Below are positions 36,643 through 50,005 of a stretch of 64,000 bases of DNA, in pieces. The translations under genes and the position numbers were made by a program. A model generated the notes under the pieces. It was not told the origin of the DNA. It did not search any database and was given only the letters and a program-made list of their open reading frames with translations. Positions within the stretch are counted from its first letter, which is position 1; every line of letters begins with the position of its first letter. This DNA comes from Antedon mediterranea (Eukaryota > Animalia > Echinodermata), in NCBI RefSeq assembly GCF_964355755.1, contig NC_092670.1, forward strand, positions 15,548,795-15,612,794. Direction: 5' to 3'.

Positions 36643-39600
36643 ATGAAGTTACAACTATTTCAGATTATTCTCGACAAACCACAAAGTGTGTACGCACCAG
36701 GGGAAATCGTGTCTGGTCGTGTGGACATTGCTGTCGAAAAAGATTATGAACTTCGTCTGTGTGAACTGCACTTTAAAGGTCTAGCCAATGTAAGATATTC
36801 AGCGTTATTAGTAGTAGTTAGTGTGATGTTTGCCTCAAGGTGAAAATAGAGCAGTCTTGCAAATGTATCTAGTGTGAACCATGTTTATTTATAGTGTAAA
36901 ATCTAATTTTAAATGGTTCTAGTGTGAACCATTGCTGTCAGATTATAAACTTTGTCTGTGTCAACTGCACTTTAAAGTTTAGCCAATGTAAGATATTCAA
37001 CGTTATTAATAGTTGGTGTAATGTAAAACTAGAGCAATCTTGCAAATGTATCTAGTGTGAACCATGTTTATTTTAGCACAAAATTTTATATAAAATACAT
37101 TTAGTGTGAACCATGTGTTTATTTATAGTTGCAACATCTAGAGTAATTTAAATGGTTCTATTCTAGTGTGAACCATGTTTATGTTAGCACAACATTTTAT
37201 ATAAAGTGCATCTAGTGTGAACCATGTTTAGTTATAGCACAACATTTTATATAAAATACATCTAGTGTGAACAGCCTTTATTTATAGTGCAACATCTATA
37301 TTTAAAATAGTTCTAGTATGAACCATGTTATGTATGCACAATATCTAATTCAAAATTAACCATGTTTATAGACTAGTGTGAACATTGCTAGTGTTTGCTT
37401 TATATCTCAGTTGTTATCATGTGTCTATTATATTCTGAAATAAACAGAAAGTGTTGTTTAAACTATGTATTTGAATTAATCATCCACAGGTTCATTGGTC
37501 TGAGCAGCACTCCAGCGGAAGCGGTAAAAACCGTACAACTCATACAGTCCACTATCGAGCCAATGAAGAATATTTTAATGTTTTGCAGCAACTGTTAGTG
37601 AAAGGTGCGTAGAAAAACACCCATGACACCCTTTTAGAAATAGATGGTCTCAAATTATTATTCAACCTGTTAGTGGCGGTTTCATTGGTGTTGGTTGTCA
37701 ACTGAATAAAATAAAATAAAAATATCAACCAGATATTTTCACATCGAAAAAGAGGTTTAAAATGAAATTCGCTTATAAAAAATCCTCAAGAAGTTGTATG
37801 GCTCTACAAGAAACAAAGATATCCTTGATTGAAAATGTTCATCTGGTTTGTAGTAATACTTTATTTGGAAATGTTCTAAAGAAAGATATCCTTGGTTTAA
37901 ATAAATCTCATATATTTACTTTATTTGTATTTTCTTTTTCTGACAGGAGCCAATGATATGGTAACGTTAACCGCAGGTCATCATTGCTTTCCATTCAGTT
38001 TTCAACTTCCTATCTCGTAAGTATTAACAAGTTTTCAATTTCAACCAATGCCAATTGACACCACCCAAAACAAAATAACATACAGGCGCGGATTTAAGGG
38101 GGAGCCACGGGGGTTAAAAGGGCCAAAGCGTGTACAGTTACGCACTACCCTGGCGGTGTCCCTTTGTACGAATTAATTAAAGTTACAATTCTTCTATATT
38201 TAGAAGTTGGCGGGCGTCGATATCTGAGTCATGCTACATCCAGGGACCAATACGACTTTTTCACAAAACGGAAGACATCTTCGATCGATGACAAACAATG
38301 CCGTGCAACAAAGCGTAACCAACAGAAATAACAGAGTTTTCAGCCTATGCTTATACACTGTGGTGTTTTTTTCGATGGATTTTAAGCAGTGAAAAAAAAT
38401 TTTCAAATTGTTTTCAATCACACAGTGATGTAGGCAAATCTTTTAAGAACATTTTACAGTAATTTTTTTTCTCATACGATCCTCCGTTGAAGAGTTACGA
38501 TTTTTTAATTAACATGGTGTCCTGAAATCCCCCGAAAACGTTATGTTATTTCTGTTGGTTAGGCTTCGTTGCACGGCATTGTTTGTCATCGATGGAAGAC
38601 GTCTTCCGTTTCGTGAAAAAGGCATACGTAGTATTTGTAAGAATCGGCAATTCATTCGGAAAGCGCAGAGTATTAAAAATGTTCATTCAGAAGGCGAGCG
38701 CATGCATATTCATAATAATGCTCCCCTAAAATGGGACGAAATAGGACGCCCTCTCTCGGATTTTCAGAGAAAGTCTTTGGGAAAAATACTTTCGCCACCC
38801 TGAAGTTCGGAACTGTGAACAGGTGTGCAAGACCCTTTACAGATGATCGAATCAGAGTGCGTTAGTGATCTCGAACACCATAAAATGCATTTTTTTTCTG
38901 GGCTTCCCCCAGTGTATTTTCTCTCTACGATCGCGTTTGCCCCCCCGCAAAAATAATCCTGGATCCGCCCCTGAACATAACTATTGCTTTAAGTAAATTA
39001 TCCATTTTCAAAATAACCTAAGCAAATATTTGTATTTTGTTCCCTTAAATATTAGTCTGCGAAGGCTATTCTATAATATAATGTTGGTTTGATAAATAAA
39101 GCCTCATTTTTTCACTTAAGTACTTTTTAATCATTAAGAAAAATGTGATAAATGCCAATCCAACTATGTACTGAGAACTTCTCGGTGTGTTGTGTAGTAA
39201 TCACTTTTCTAAATGTATAACCCATACGTTAAGTGTTAATAACAGTATGTTTTGTCTATTTTTAGAAACATACCAACCACATTTGAGGGAGCTCATGGCT
39301 GGGTGCGTTACTACTTGGAAGCCGTCCTTGATGAGACATGGTGGAAATTCAACAAACGCTGTAAAGTTGGAATCACAGTCATTGCACCAGTAGACTGCAA
39401 TGCTAACCCTACGTTACTGGTGAGTATCCTCAGGTATACAGCTACAGTAGTGCTGTATCTCCACATATTTCAACGTTTTCCGTCATTCATATGTTACGCT
39501 TTCTACGATTCGTTTCCATCTGATTTGGGTTTTTATTATTCTAAAGTCTACATTTTTTCCTTTTAAATCTTTTTTTATTTTATCTAGTTTTTTTTTGGTC

Positions 39601-41519
39601 TTCTTGGTGGTCTAAAATTTCTTTTCAGTGTTTGCTTAATTGCTGTATTATCTGGTCCACACATGAGAGGTTATAATTTATAGGTCCCAGCAGCTGGACC
39701 CAAAAAACGTCTGGGAAAAGAGAGTCTATGAGGGCTCACGGTTGAATGATTTTGGATTCTCGCCCTTTGATTAGTTGACGCGAATCAACCAAGGAGCTAG
39801 GCCGACCGTGGCAAGCACCACTCTGCTCGGCGACCAAATCACCGCCTAACCTAGTCTAAATTTATTAGACTGGGTACATGTACAAACATTACTAGAATTC
39901 CATAATTAATTGAGGATGCCTACCTTAACTCAACCAGACTTGGTAAAAATAATTTCTATCAATTTTATTCATGTATTGTTTTTATAGAATGCAATGAGAC
40001 GAGATCAGACTAAAGAAGTGTGTTGCTGCTGTTGTGCCACTCACATCAATGCATCGTTAGAGATTCAACGGCAAACTTATTGTGCAGGTAAACTTCTATA
40101 TAATCTACACATCTTTTTCATACACGTCTAACAGCATCTTGCCAATTACAGGATGGATATACTACTGTATATCATTCTTCTTGTCAAATTCCATGATACA
40201 GCATCACATATGCCTCATTTGATTCTTTATCTTAGAAACAATGGCATATCTATTTACCCTAACATTTGAAATAATTTCTATGATAAGGAATTCACATTTG
40301 ATGTACAGTACATGTGAATTTGGCTATATACAATAGGAAATTCAACATACTGGTATGTTGACTATTTTGTTTAATAAATTTACTTTTTATCAGGTGAATC
40401 TATCGTACACAGTGGTGAAGTAAACAACGGCAGTAGTCGTGATGTGACACCATACGTCGAGTTGTATCAGAGAGTGCTCTTCAAAGCAACTCGTAAAACC
40501 CGCACTGTGGACAAACTTGTAGCCAAAATCGGTGAACCACAAATTGGGGAGAGAAAGAGACACAACTGGAATCAGAAACCTCTGCTTATTCCTCCGATTG
40601 CTCCAACACTGATAAACTGTAACATAATTGATTCGTCATATTTTGTCCGAGTAAGTTCAGTAAATAAAAGATTCTACAGTGTGTCCAATGAAGGGCTAAA
40701 AAAGCAATAAAATATATATTTTTTTAATTCGAGGCAATCTAACAACAGGAGGCTGAGCTCCTGATATCAAAAGGTTTATCTGTGGCAGCGACATGATCAG
40801 TTCCACACCACTTAAGAGATCAAAAGGTTTATCTGTGGCTGCGACATGATCAGTTGCACACCACTTATCAGACACTGAGCATCACAGAGAATATGCACAT
40901 AGTACAGTACTGTATTTGTTACAGCCAGACATAAGACTTTTTTTTGTCAAACTAGTTTGATAGTGTAGACAGAGCTTTATATTGATTTTGCTTTTCCTAC
41001 AGTTGCATGTTGATATTCCAATGGCTGTTGATTGCCGTATTGACATTCCGGTTGTTATTGGCACAATCCCAGTACAGAGCTACTCCCAGTTTGGGTTTGG
41101 GTACAACCCTCCAACCCAATATGGTGTAATGACTCAGCAACCCACAGCGCCCCCTGCAGCTGACGTCTACCCAAACATTCGTGAGTTTGTTTTACCACTT
41201 TTTAGGCACAAATGTATTAATTGTAATGTGTAATTATCCATCCTGTAATTGGCGAGTTGCTCGCTGTTGGATGCGTATGAAGTTAAAAAACAAATTATAA
41301 AAATTTCACAAATTAAATAAATATAATTGTTCTTTTGATGATAATTTAATGTACTTCTATCATTTAACAGCGCCACCATCGTATGCGTCATGCATGTTCG
41401 GATCGGTACAGATGAAAGAAGATGGTGTATCGGATGACGCTTTTGTTGGGAACACTGGATTTGTGCCGATGTATACTTACTACGGACAACCGCCGCCAAT
41501 AACTGCAGTCGAGGCCTAG
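36643..41519 (+). CDS. Alpha-arrestin (ARRDC-like). Exons 36643-36789, 37490-37604, 37947-38016, 39266-39419, 39988-40087, 40394-40650, 41003-41180, 41371-41519
   Basis: VYAPGEIVSGRV, FKGLANVHW, GHHCFPFSFQLP, IPTTFEGAHGWVRY, IPPIAPTLINCNIIDSSY, IPVVIGTIP; C-terminal PPPSY (PPxY) and FVPMYTYY. A likely non-coding first-exon donor lies at ~34771. Confidence 0.93.
36866..37385. repeat. ~45-bp degenerate minisatellite with a TCTAGTGTGAACCATG core
   Basis: The core recurs about 9 times and the intervening sequences are related to each other. Confidence 0.85.
38083..38974. mobile_element. Non-autonomous TIR element (CAGG(G/C)GCGGAT ends, hAT-like) in an ARRDC intron
   Basis: CAGGCGCGGATTTA / TGGATCCGCCCCTG termini; AACATA duplicated on both flanks; internal inverted segment at 38280-38330 and 38545-38595. 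Confidence 0.75.
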
Positions 41520-41872
41520 GCTGCTCTTATGTCACCACGATGAGGCACTAACCGCCTAGTAATTTAACATAACCATGCATTTTTTGAAAATTGTGGTTTA
41601 GTAGAGAGTTTCACAAAACACATAATTTTATCTTAAAGAAATTTGCATTTATATGTTTTATTTACATGCCTATAAAGCTAGACAATTCAGCTATTAAAAG
41701 GTGTCATTTTATTGTAATCTTGTTTTTTTAAAAATAGTATGTTCAGGCTACACACTAGTGTCACTTCGTGAAAACACAAAATCCATTTCACATGCGTATT
41801 GTCTGTAGCCACATTAGTGTCACTTTGTGGCGTCACCGACGATATGAGAACTGAAAGTTTGCAATGTGTGTC

Positions 41873-42003
41873 CTTGTCGTCCTTATTTGTAGCTTGTCGT
41901 CCTTATTTGTAGCTTGTCGTCCTTATTTGTAGCTTGTCGTCCTTATTTGTAGCTTGTCGTCCTTATTTGTAGCTTGTCGTCCTTATTTGTAGCTTGTCGT
42001 CTT
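41873..42003. repeat. 20-bp tandem repeat, about 6 copies, in the probable ARRDC 3'UTR
   Basis: (CTTGTCGTCCTTATTTGTAG)n. Confidence 0.95.
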
Positions 42004-43289
42004 GTTGTTATTGTCATTTTCCTAAGTACTTTGTATACATCTACCTCTAGGATAAATTCATAACATTACGTACTGTAGTACCTGCTGTGTCACATTAATA
42101 TAATTATTACAAGACATTGACGATATTACTACGAGCCAGCTCTCCCCAACAGTCTGTTTTTCAGAGTGAAATTTAGCCCCCCCCCCCCCCTCCCCCACCT
42201 AAATTTTAGAAATTGCAATGCATAGGATGTTTGTCACTTTATTTTCAAAATCCTTGATTTGCTAATGATGTCAGACGCTTTTCTTGCAAACATATGTACA
42301 GTATTTACTGATGGCCAAAGATTATTGGAAATTATTTCGAATCTAATACAATACTATTTGTAAATAGTTGCTATTAATTGTAGAATCTTACGTTGTTTTT
42401 AGTACTGTTTTAAAAATTCAATTAATGTACAATTTGTCAAAATTTATATATATATTTTTTATAAATGTTTTTTCTTTCTTGGAATGCTGTGTAAAGGGCT
42501 GATATCAATCAGTATTACCATTTCTATTATATATTTTAAACTGCATAAATAGGTTAACAATGTGTATTATACTAAGGTGACTAAATATCTTAATATGTTA
42601 GTATAAACTGAAATAAATAATTATAAATAAATAGTAGAATTATTGTTAAACAAAAAAAAAATATTGTTTTCAAATTAAATGTTACCAGAAGGTCCACTAA
42701 TAAGTTTGATATTGGGCCGAAAGTATATGATAATATAAAACAAACTAACTCCGAAAAAGTGATATTCTATATTTATAATAATCGTAATGAAATAAAATTT
42801 GAAAAATTATATACCTACAGGGTTGACCGTGGGGCAATTATAACATGTATGTAATACATGATTTTTTACCCAAGCATTTTAATTATTGTAAAACTGAGAT
42901 TAAATATTAAATAACTTTAGTTATATTCTTCTTTATGTATATTATGGTGTTAATAAACAATTTAATATTATAATATATATTATGTATGGTAAGCTCTTTT
43001 TGTAGTATTTAAAAAAATTTTTTTACAAATTTTATTTTATTTCATATTTAATTATTATCAATATCAATTATTTATAAGATAACAAAAAATAATAATTCTG
43101 ATGATCTTGCACACAATTTTACATTCCTCAAATTTAATAATTGTGCATAAATTGCGTCGAAGTATAATATAATTTAAATGAATAAAATTCAAAACTTGTT
43201 TCGTCATCAGTAAAAACCATGGAGTAAAATTCTTTACTCCATGGTAAAAACCCATAGTATACAGTATTACGCAAATTGCGACACACCTA

Positions 43290-43798
43290 CGAAATACATA
43301 ATTCTATTGGTCGTCGTTTCGATTTCCGGAAACTTTATTTCCGGTTCCTGGACGTACAAAGTACATGATGCGGGAAATTTCCACTGACTTTTGTTTGTAA
43401 TTTTAATTTTATGAATATTTGGTTGGCGCTGTTCGATGTAATTGTTTCGTTGTGATTATAATTTATAGTCTAGTAGTTGTGAAAGCTTTACATGGATTAC
43501 AATTTTAATAGGAATCAATTACTATATATTTACACCTCTCTACCACGTGAAAAACACGGTCAAAATAATATCATTATCAGCGAATTGATTTTATTTGCTG
43601 TTCATATGAAACGCTATATCAGGTGATCACGTGTTGTACACACACACACATCGTTCGACTGACGACGAATTTGTTTTGAATGGAGTGGTTGATGGTTTCA
43701 TTCAGCTTGCGTAGCTCATAGAGTGGCCTACAGAAGTGTTCCTTGTTTTCCTGATTATTAAACTCAGTATAAACACCATTCTTCAATATTATATGAAG
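43290..43798 (+). promoter_or_regulatory. Probable lipin promoter and non-coding first exon
   Basis: CpG-rich island with ATTGG (CCAAT), two TTCCGG (ETS-type) sites and CACGTG E-boxes (~43544, ~43628); donor AAG|GTAATG at 43798; acceptor at 49980 before the lipin ATG. Confidence 0.55.
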
Positions 43799-44243
43799 GT
43801 AATGATAATATGTCACTTTGTTTTCATTATTAAATAGGCCTACCTAGGCCTCTATTTTCTAGGCCCTAATAGGCCTAGCTACTAGGCTAGGTAGGGGCTA
43901 GACTGTTCAGTTTTTTAAATATTTTAGCTTGGTGTGTGGCCGTCCAAAAAATACTATAGGAGCCAGTTTAGGTAGTAGTAGGCCTAAAAAGTGAAATAAT
44001 ATAATACTAGGTAGAGGCCTAAAACTGTAGGCAATATATACTTTATAGTAGCTAGTAGTACTACTACTAGAGTAGTAGTAGTACATTACCTTTTTATTGG
44101 AGGCTAATAATATTAATTAATATTAATAATAAATGAACTCCAGTTTACTTCTAACCTACAGGCTACATTATCGACACCTTAAAATTATTCAAATTCTTTC
44201 AAAGTCATCAAACATACCGGTACTCACATGTCATCAACAATAA

Positions 44244-44581
44244 GGCACTTGTCAATTGTATGACCCACTATACGACCCCCGGGAGAGGTGCGTCATGGGT
44301 GCTTTATTTACAAATAATTACTGACGCAGGGGTGCGTCAAAAAACCTAGATGGTACGTCACATCAATGAACAAGGTGTGTCAATGTCCGTCACTTTACCA
44401 CCCACCATATCATAAACAACATGGTCACAGTTCGTCAAAATGGGTGCGTCATGGTCACCTAAAGGTAAGTCACCTTTTTGACGCACGGGTGCGTCATGGT
44501 ATTCAAAAGTATGACGCACATCGGACAAATGACACACCTCTCCCGGGGGTCGTATAGTGGGTCATACAATTGACAAGTGCA
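44244..44581. mobile_element. Young Harbinger-like MITE with long near-perfect TIRs
   Basis: ~50-bp TIR GCACTTGTCAATTGTATGACCCACTATACGACCCCCGGGAGAGGTG; TAA on both flanks; internal (GGTGCGTCA) repeats. Confidence 0.9.
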
Positions 44582-47500
44582 TAATTTTTGTAGGGGTGCG
44601 TACGAAAATTGACAGATCAACAGAACAGTAAATTAAAACAAATGTTGGACTCCTAATAAAATAGCCTTTTACAAACAAGTCTACATATGCTATCTCTAGC
44701 TACATTACAATTTTCACATAGCTTTCTTTAATAAATCTAAATTGGATTCAATATTTGAATATTTTATTTATTACTTAAGCTAATGTGTATGTGCCAGTCA
44801 AATGGTCAAGAGATTGGAGGAAGTAACTGTAAATTGCGTGGTCTCACATTGATTAAATATTTTGTATTGGTATCCAATGATGTAATAATGTTTAAACATT
44901 TGAAATGTAGGTTATCTTTATATATGGATACCATCTGATATTTGATGATGTCATAGTTGATAACTGATGATGTCATAGTTGATAACTAATGATGTCATTA
45001 ATGAGTGAATGCCGTAATCAATAATCATTTTTGACCTGTTATTAACCTCATGTCACCTGATGGTTTAGAAATTCTTTGGCAAAGGTTTATTTACAACGTA
45101 TATTCTTGGCAACGATTCAAAATTTTTTTTCAGTCAGTGCTCTTGAATAATTAATAATGCTTCAGTTTAGTAATTTTTTTTTAAAATTAATAAATATTAA
45201 TATAAATAAATAAATTTAATTATATTGAATAAAACATTATGTTGAATGGCATCATTAATGATTAGAAGAATCATTGTTAGTTACTGTACAACTAATTTAC
45301 TGATTTTACTGATAATTAATTAAAGGTCTAAACTCCCCGCTGGTACAATGGTTTGATCCATTTAATAGTCATGTGAACTAAATGAATGCAATAAGTGACA
45401 GTTCTGCAATCAAATTTCACAACGTTGCAGTGTTATTGTTTATTGTGCCATATTACTATTAGGCCTGTTGCTTTTTGAATAGAATTTTCTACCAACCAGC
45501 TGAATGCTGCTACTTGTGGAGTAGTATAGAATGTATGATTTTCATTCAAATTACAGCATTATTGTGTATGTACTGTAGAAGTGGACCATATTGTAAAATT
45601 TGATAACACTAGTAGTAGTAAGTGAATTTCTTTTGTTGTATGTGCGACTGTATTTTTTCACTTTAATGTACTGTGTATCTAAGTATGTTTTTATTCTTAC
45701 TTAACTATAGAAAATGGTCATACCAATCTATTCATGATGGTATGACACACCTGATAGGTTTTCATGTAAAAATTCTACCTTAAACATTGATAAAACAATG
45801 TTTATTATTTGAAGTCTTGTCAATGTGATTGAGGTAACAACATCCAGGGGCCTGGAAATAATAAATTCTCTTGATAAATTACATTAGACATATTTCTATT
45901 GCAGAAGCCAGAAAAAGAAAATAAATAAATCTATTCCAAAATGCATTGCGTCTTTACCGAAATTCAGTGGCATTATTTAAAAGGCCCAATTAGTTAGAGT
46001 GAATAGTACTGTGTAAGACTATACTGAAATACTTTACAATTCATTGTAAAAATCTCAACAAGATTTATAGTGTTATACAACAGCAGGGTACATAAACTTG
46101 AGAATGAACTGAGGATGGATAAACAATACATTATTTCTCTTTAATCATATATAGTGGGGTGGCACTGCTTACTAAAAAATGTCAGCATTGAAAGGACTAT
46201 TTAAAACTCGTGAAAAATAGCCAGCCTTTTTAATTCATTAAAGTACTACAAGCCTCAGGACATAGTTTCCTTCTTACACAGTAACCTGTCCCATGTCATC
46301 GTTATTTACCCCTAGGCAAAATTCCAATATTATTGGTGAAATACGGTTAGATAGATCTGAAAATAATGTGTAATACTACTCCATGCAAGCTACTGTACCT
46401 AACTGTTTACGACCGAATGCCCTTTTTAATTGGACTTAATTAACCAAATAATGTTTGTCTAGATAAAATACTATGCTTAATTACTGTAGTATTAATTGCT
46501 AAAAATAGTGAGTTGAAACACCTTCCCTTTAAATCAAATCATAGAAGAATCTGTAGTAAAATACAGGTATTATATTGTTAATTTTGGGGTGCATTTACAG
46601 AAGATCATAAAAATAGAATATTATTTTAATGAACTGAGACTTATATTTAAAGGAGAAGATTAGTATATTTATACATTAAAACATTTTGGATAAATTTGGT
46701 TCCAAACTAGGTTTTACAGTGTAATACTATTAAATCTAGTTTTGGAAATTTGATGACAACTATGCCTCATTTAAAACCACACTGTACCTGTTTAAACGCT
46801 TTACTGAACAATTTTACACAAAAAATTGACAATGGTTTTACAATTCTAAACAACATTGGAGGATTATTGTGTTTTGGCAGTAGTATAAATAAGGTAGTAA
46901 TATATCAACAATAAATATGGTATTGTAGTTTGTACAATGTCCTAGTCACTGAAGAGAAGTTCTGGTTGAAAATGTTTGCCTTTTATGGTATAGTAGAAAA
47001 AGGATGTATTATCCTAAAAATTAGGAATATTTACTGTATACCTGGTTTGTTGTAGTTTATAATTTTAGAAGCCCATGGATTATGTAGTGCATGAATGACC
47101 CAGTAAATCCCATGCTTTATTAATAGATAGAATGTATTTACAGTAACAAATCTGTTTGTACACAAGTTGCTATTTTTATTTCCTTCTGTATGTAAAATTG
47201 CATCATCATCGTCATTTGTTATGAAATAATAATTGAAACTTGTTCAATAGAAAGTGATTCAAACCTATTTTTGTACAGTACACTATTATTAACCATTTCT
47301 CTTCATTGAAAAGACCAGTATCACTGTCATATTCTATAGTAATTTAGTATTATTAGATTACTGTAGACTCTGGGTTCTGGAAAGTATTGAGAATGTTCCA
47401 ATTTGGTTGGTTCTACCATAAGATTGGTCTGTTCTGCCATAAAGATATAATATAATATCTCTATGGTTCTGCTGACATTAGCCTCCCATTGTATTTTTTA

Positions 47501-48727
47501 ATGAGTTTCTTGAATTTAAATTGTCTTCTGATAAACATCTGCAGTAGAGCATAGGTTTTAGTGGCCTACCGTACCACAAGCGTTGGGTCTAAAGTCCAAG
47601 TACTGTACAATATTATCATTGTACATGTACTATAGGGCCTACTGGTCATATAAATGACAGCTGTTCTATCTTGTTGTCAGGAAGCAGGCTTTAGTTGATA
47701 GAAACTCATTGAAGGGGATTGAGGCCTGGCCCTATATAAAAATCATGAACTATTTTACAGTAGGTTTTTATTGATTTTTCTGTCAGCTTACAGTACTTAT
47801 AAATGAAACCTAGTCTTATTTGTATGATCTTATCATCTACCTTTCGTGTACCTACCTGTTATATGACAACCTTACAGTGTGCATACAGCAGTTCTGTTGT
47901 GTATTGATTTCATAGATTTTTTATGTTTTAATAATAAATTAATATTAAAGTGGATATTTTATTGCATACTGTACTACAGTACCACAAATACAATAGTGGC
48001 ATTTAATGCAGATATTGACAGGATCTAAAAATGTTATTGTTATCAAATACAATAACTGCTTTTCTTTCTATGATGTTTTCCTAGAAAAAATTGAATAAAA
48101 TTAAATACAGTTAGACTATTATTTAAACAGTGAATAATCTTTAGGTATTATCTCAAGTGAAACTGTATTTGAAAGGCCGTATTGTGCTTACACAGTGCGA
48201 ACAATGCATTTGGAGGCTCGTACTAGGAGTGTCTGTAATCTCATTGGTTTTTAATCGATCACATGATCAGATTCTACTATTGACAATTATCAGGCCACTA
48301 CTTATTAATATAGATACAATAAAGTCTTTAAGGTCATTGCTGGCAAAATGCCAAATTTGGATTGTCATAAATATACTACTATTAGTTTGTTTTTGGATTT
48401 TAATGCCAGTTACAATAGAGTGACTTACCCGATAAGTACCTTAGAATCATAATTTTCTGAATAGCGGCCTGGTTTACAGTACTGTACATTTAGTAGCAAA
48501 TCTATATTTTTGATAACTCAATGTTATAATACTACTGTATGGATGGGTAGATACACAGCAGTGGTTATTTGGCTTAGATGTCAAGATTGAAGGTTTCAGC
48601 TAAACACTTTGGGTAATAATATACTTTTTCAACAATAATTGTGAAAATTATTATATTAAACAACTTCTCTGATGATCTGCTGAACATTACATTTGAACTA
48701 CTGTACAGTGGTACCTTGTTTTTATAC

Positions 48728-49041
48728 TTCAATTATTGGATCTCTCTGCTGAACATACGTACATTCTGTACAGTACTGTATGTACCTCAATTATTGGATC
48801 TCTCTGCTGAACATACGTACATTCTGTACAGTACATTCTGTACAGTACATTCTGTACAGTACATTCTGTACAGTACATTCTGTACAGTACATTCTGTACA
48901 GTACATTCTGTACAGTACATTCTGTACAGTACATTCTGTACAGTACATTCTGTACAGTACATTCTGTACAGTACATTCTGTACAGTACATTCTGTACAGT
49001 ACATTCTGTACAGTACTGTATGTACCTCAATTATTGGATCA
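48728..49041. repeat. 14-bp minisatellite (TACATTCTGTACAG)n inside a duplicated ~60-bp unit
   Basis: About 14 perfect copies flanked by repeated TCAATTATTGGATC. Confidence 0.95.
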
Positions 49042-50005
49042 CGCTTAATTTTCTGTGTGATGTTTGCGATGTAACTCAATGTTAAACAATAGGAAAGAAA
49101 TCTTCTATGAATACAGAGCTCTATACTGTGTTATTTTTAGCCATATTCTTCAGAGTTTATTTGTTAACTCTACAGCTAGCCAGACAAAACCAACACTTGG
49201 TTGCAGATTCAGGATCTTTTTTAGCCCACATTTCCTGGCTCTAGGTCAAGTATTGTAATCCTTCATGAAGAACAATACAAAATAACAGTTTAGATTGAAG
49301 TTTTAAAACACTGAATGGCAACATTTGAAGTTTTGAATTTACAATACAACTGCCATGACAGACTTCATTGAAATTAAAGATATACTGTAAATATTAGTGA
49401 CATTGTTTTACCACATGTAATTTGGTTAACATGACAATGACATCAAGGAGTGATGTCCGATTTGAATATTACACAAATTTCTCCACTTTTGTAAGTATAC
49501 ATTTAGCTAACATTCATTCAGTCAGAACATAGTTGTTTGTCATACTGTACATCACGGAATACTTTAATTTTATTTTGTCATTTATTCACTGATGAATCTG
49601 AATTTGGAGTAGAAAACAAGTTTTGTATTTTGTTTTTGGCTATAAAATAACCTGATAAATTCGCTGGGAAAAAATTCATTTCAAAGTTTTGTTTAAAATC
49701 ATTTCTAATCATATCAAATAATTTTGCATTTGATTTTTGTTATACTGTACAATTTGGTGTAGCCGGTAAGTTGCTAAGATAGTTTTGTATGCTTTTTGCT
49801 ATGCTATGTACACAGGTTAAATTATTTCTTGAATGCATGAGGTGGTACTATAGTGTGGTACTTGGTTAGTTCCCCTTAAGTAGCTAAAATGTTCCCGAAT
49901 GGTACTTAGATTTCCATATAATTAAAAATCTTACTGTATGTAATTAAAAATGAATGTTGTGTGAATGTTTTATTTTTCAGAAGTTCACTTAAAGTTGGTG
50001 CAGTC

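Noticed and set aside
36866-37385. CRISPR-like repeat-spacer appearance
   Set aside because: The spacers resemble each other, the repeat is short and degenerate, the context is a eukaryotic intron and there are no cas genes. It is a minisatellite.
43195-43212. Hammerhead-like CTGATGA..GAAAC on the minus strand (also CTGAAGAG at ~46949)
   Set aside because: No stem II and no compatible stems I/III or cleavage triplet could be built by eye.
48641-49085. Overlapping ORFs with repeated YCTECTVQNVLYRM / STFCTVHSVQYILY
   Set aside because: Artefact of a stop-free 14-bp minisatellite.
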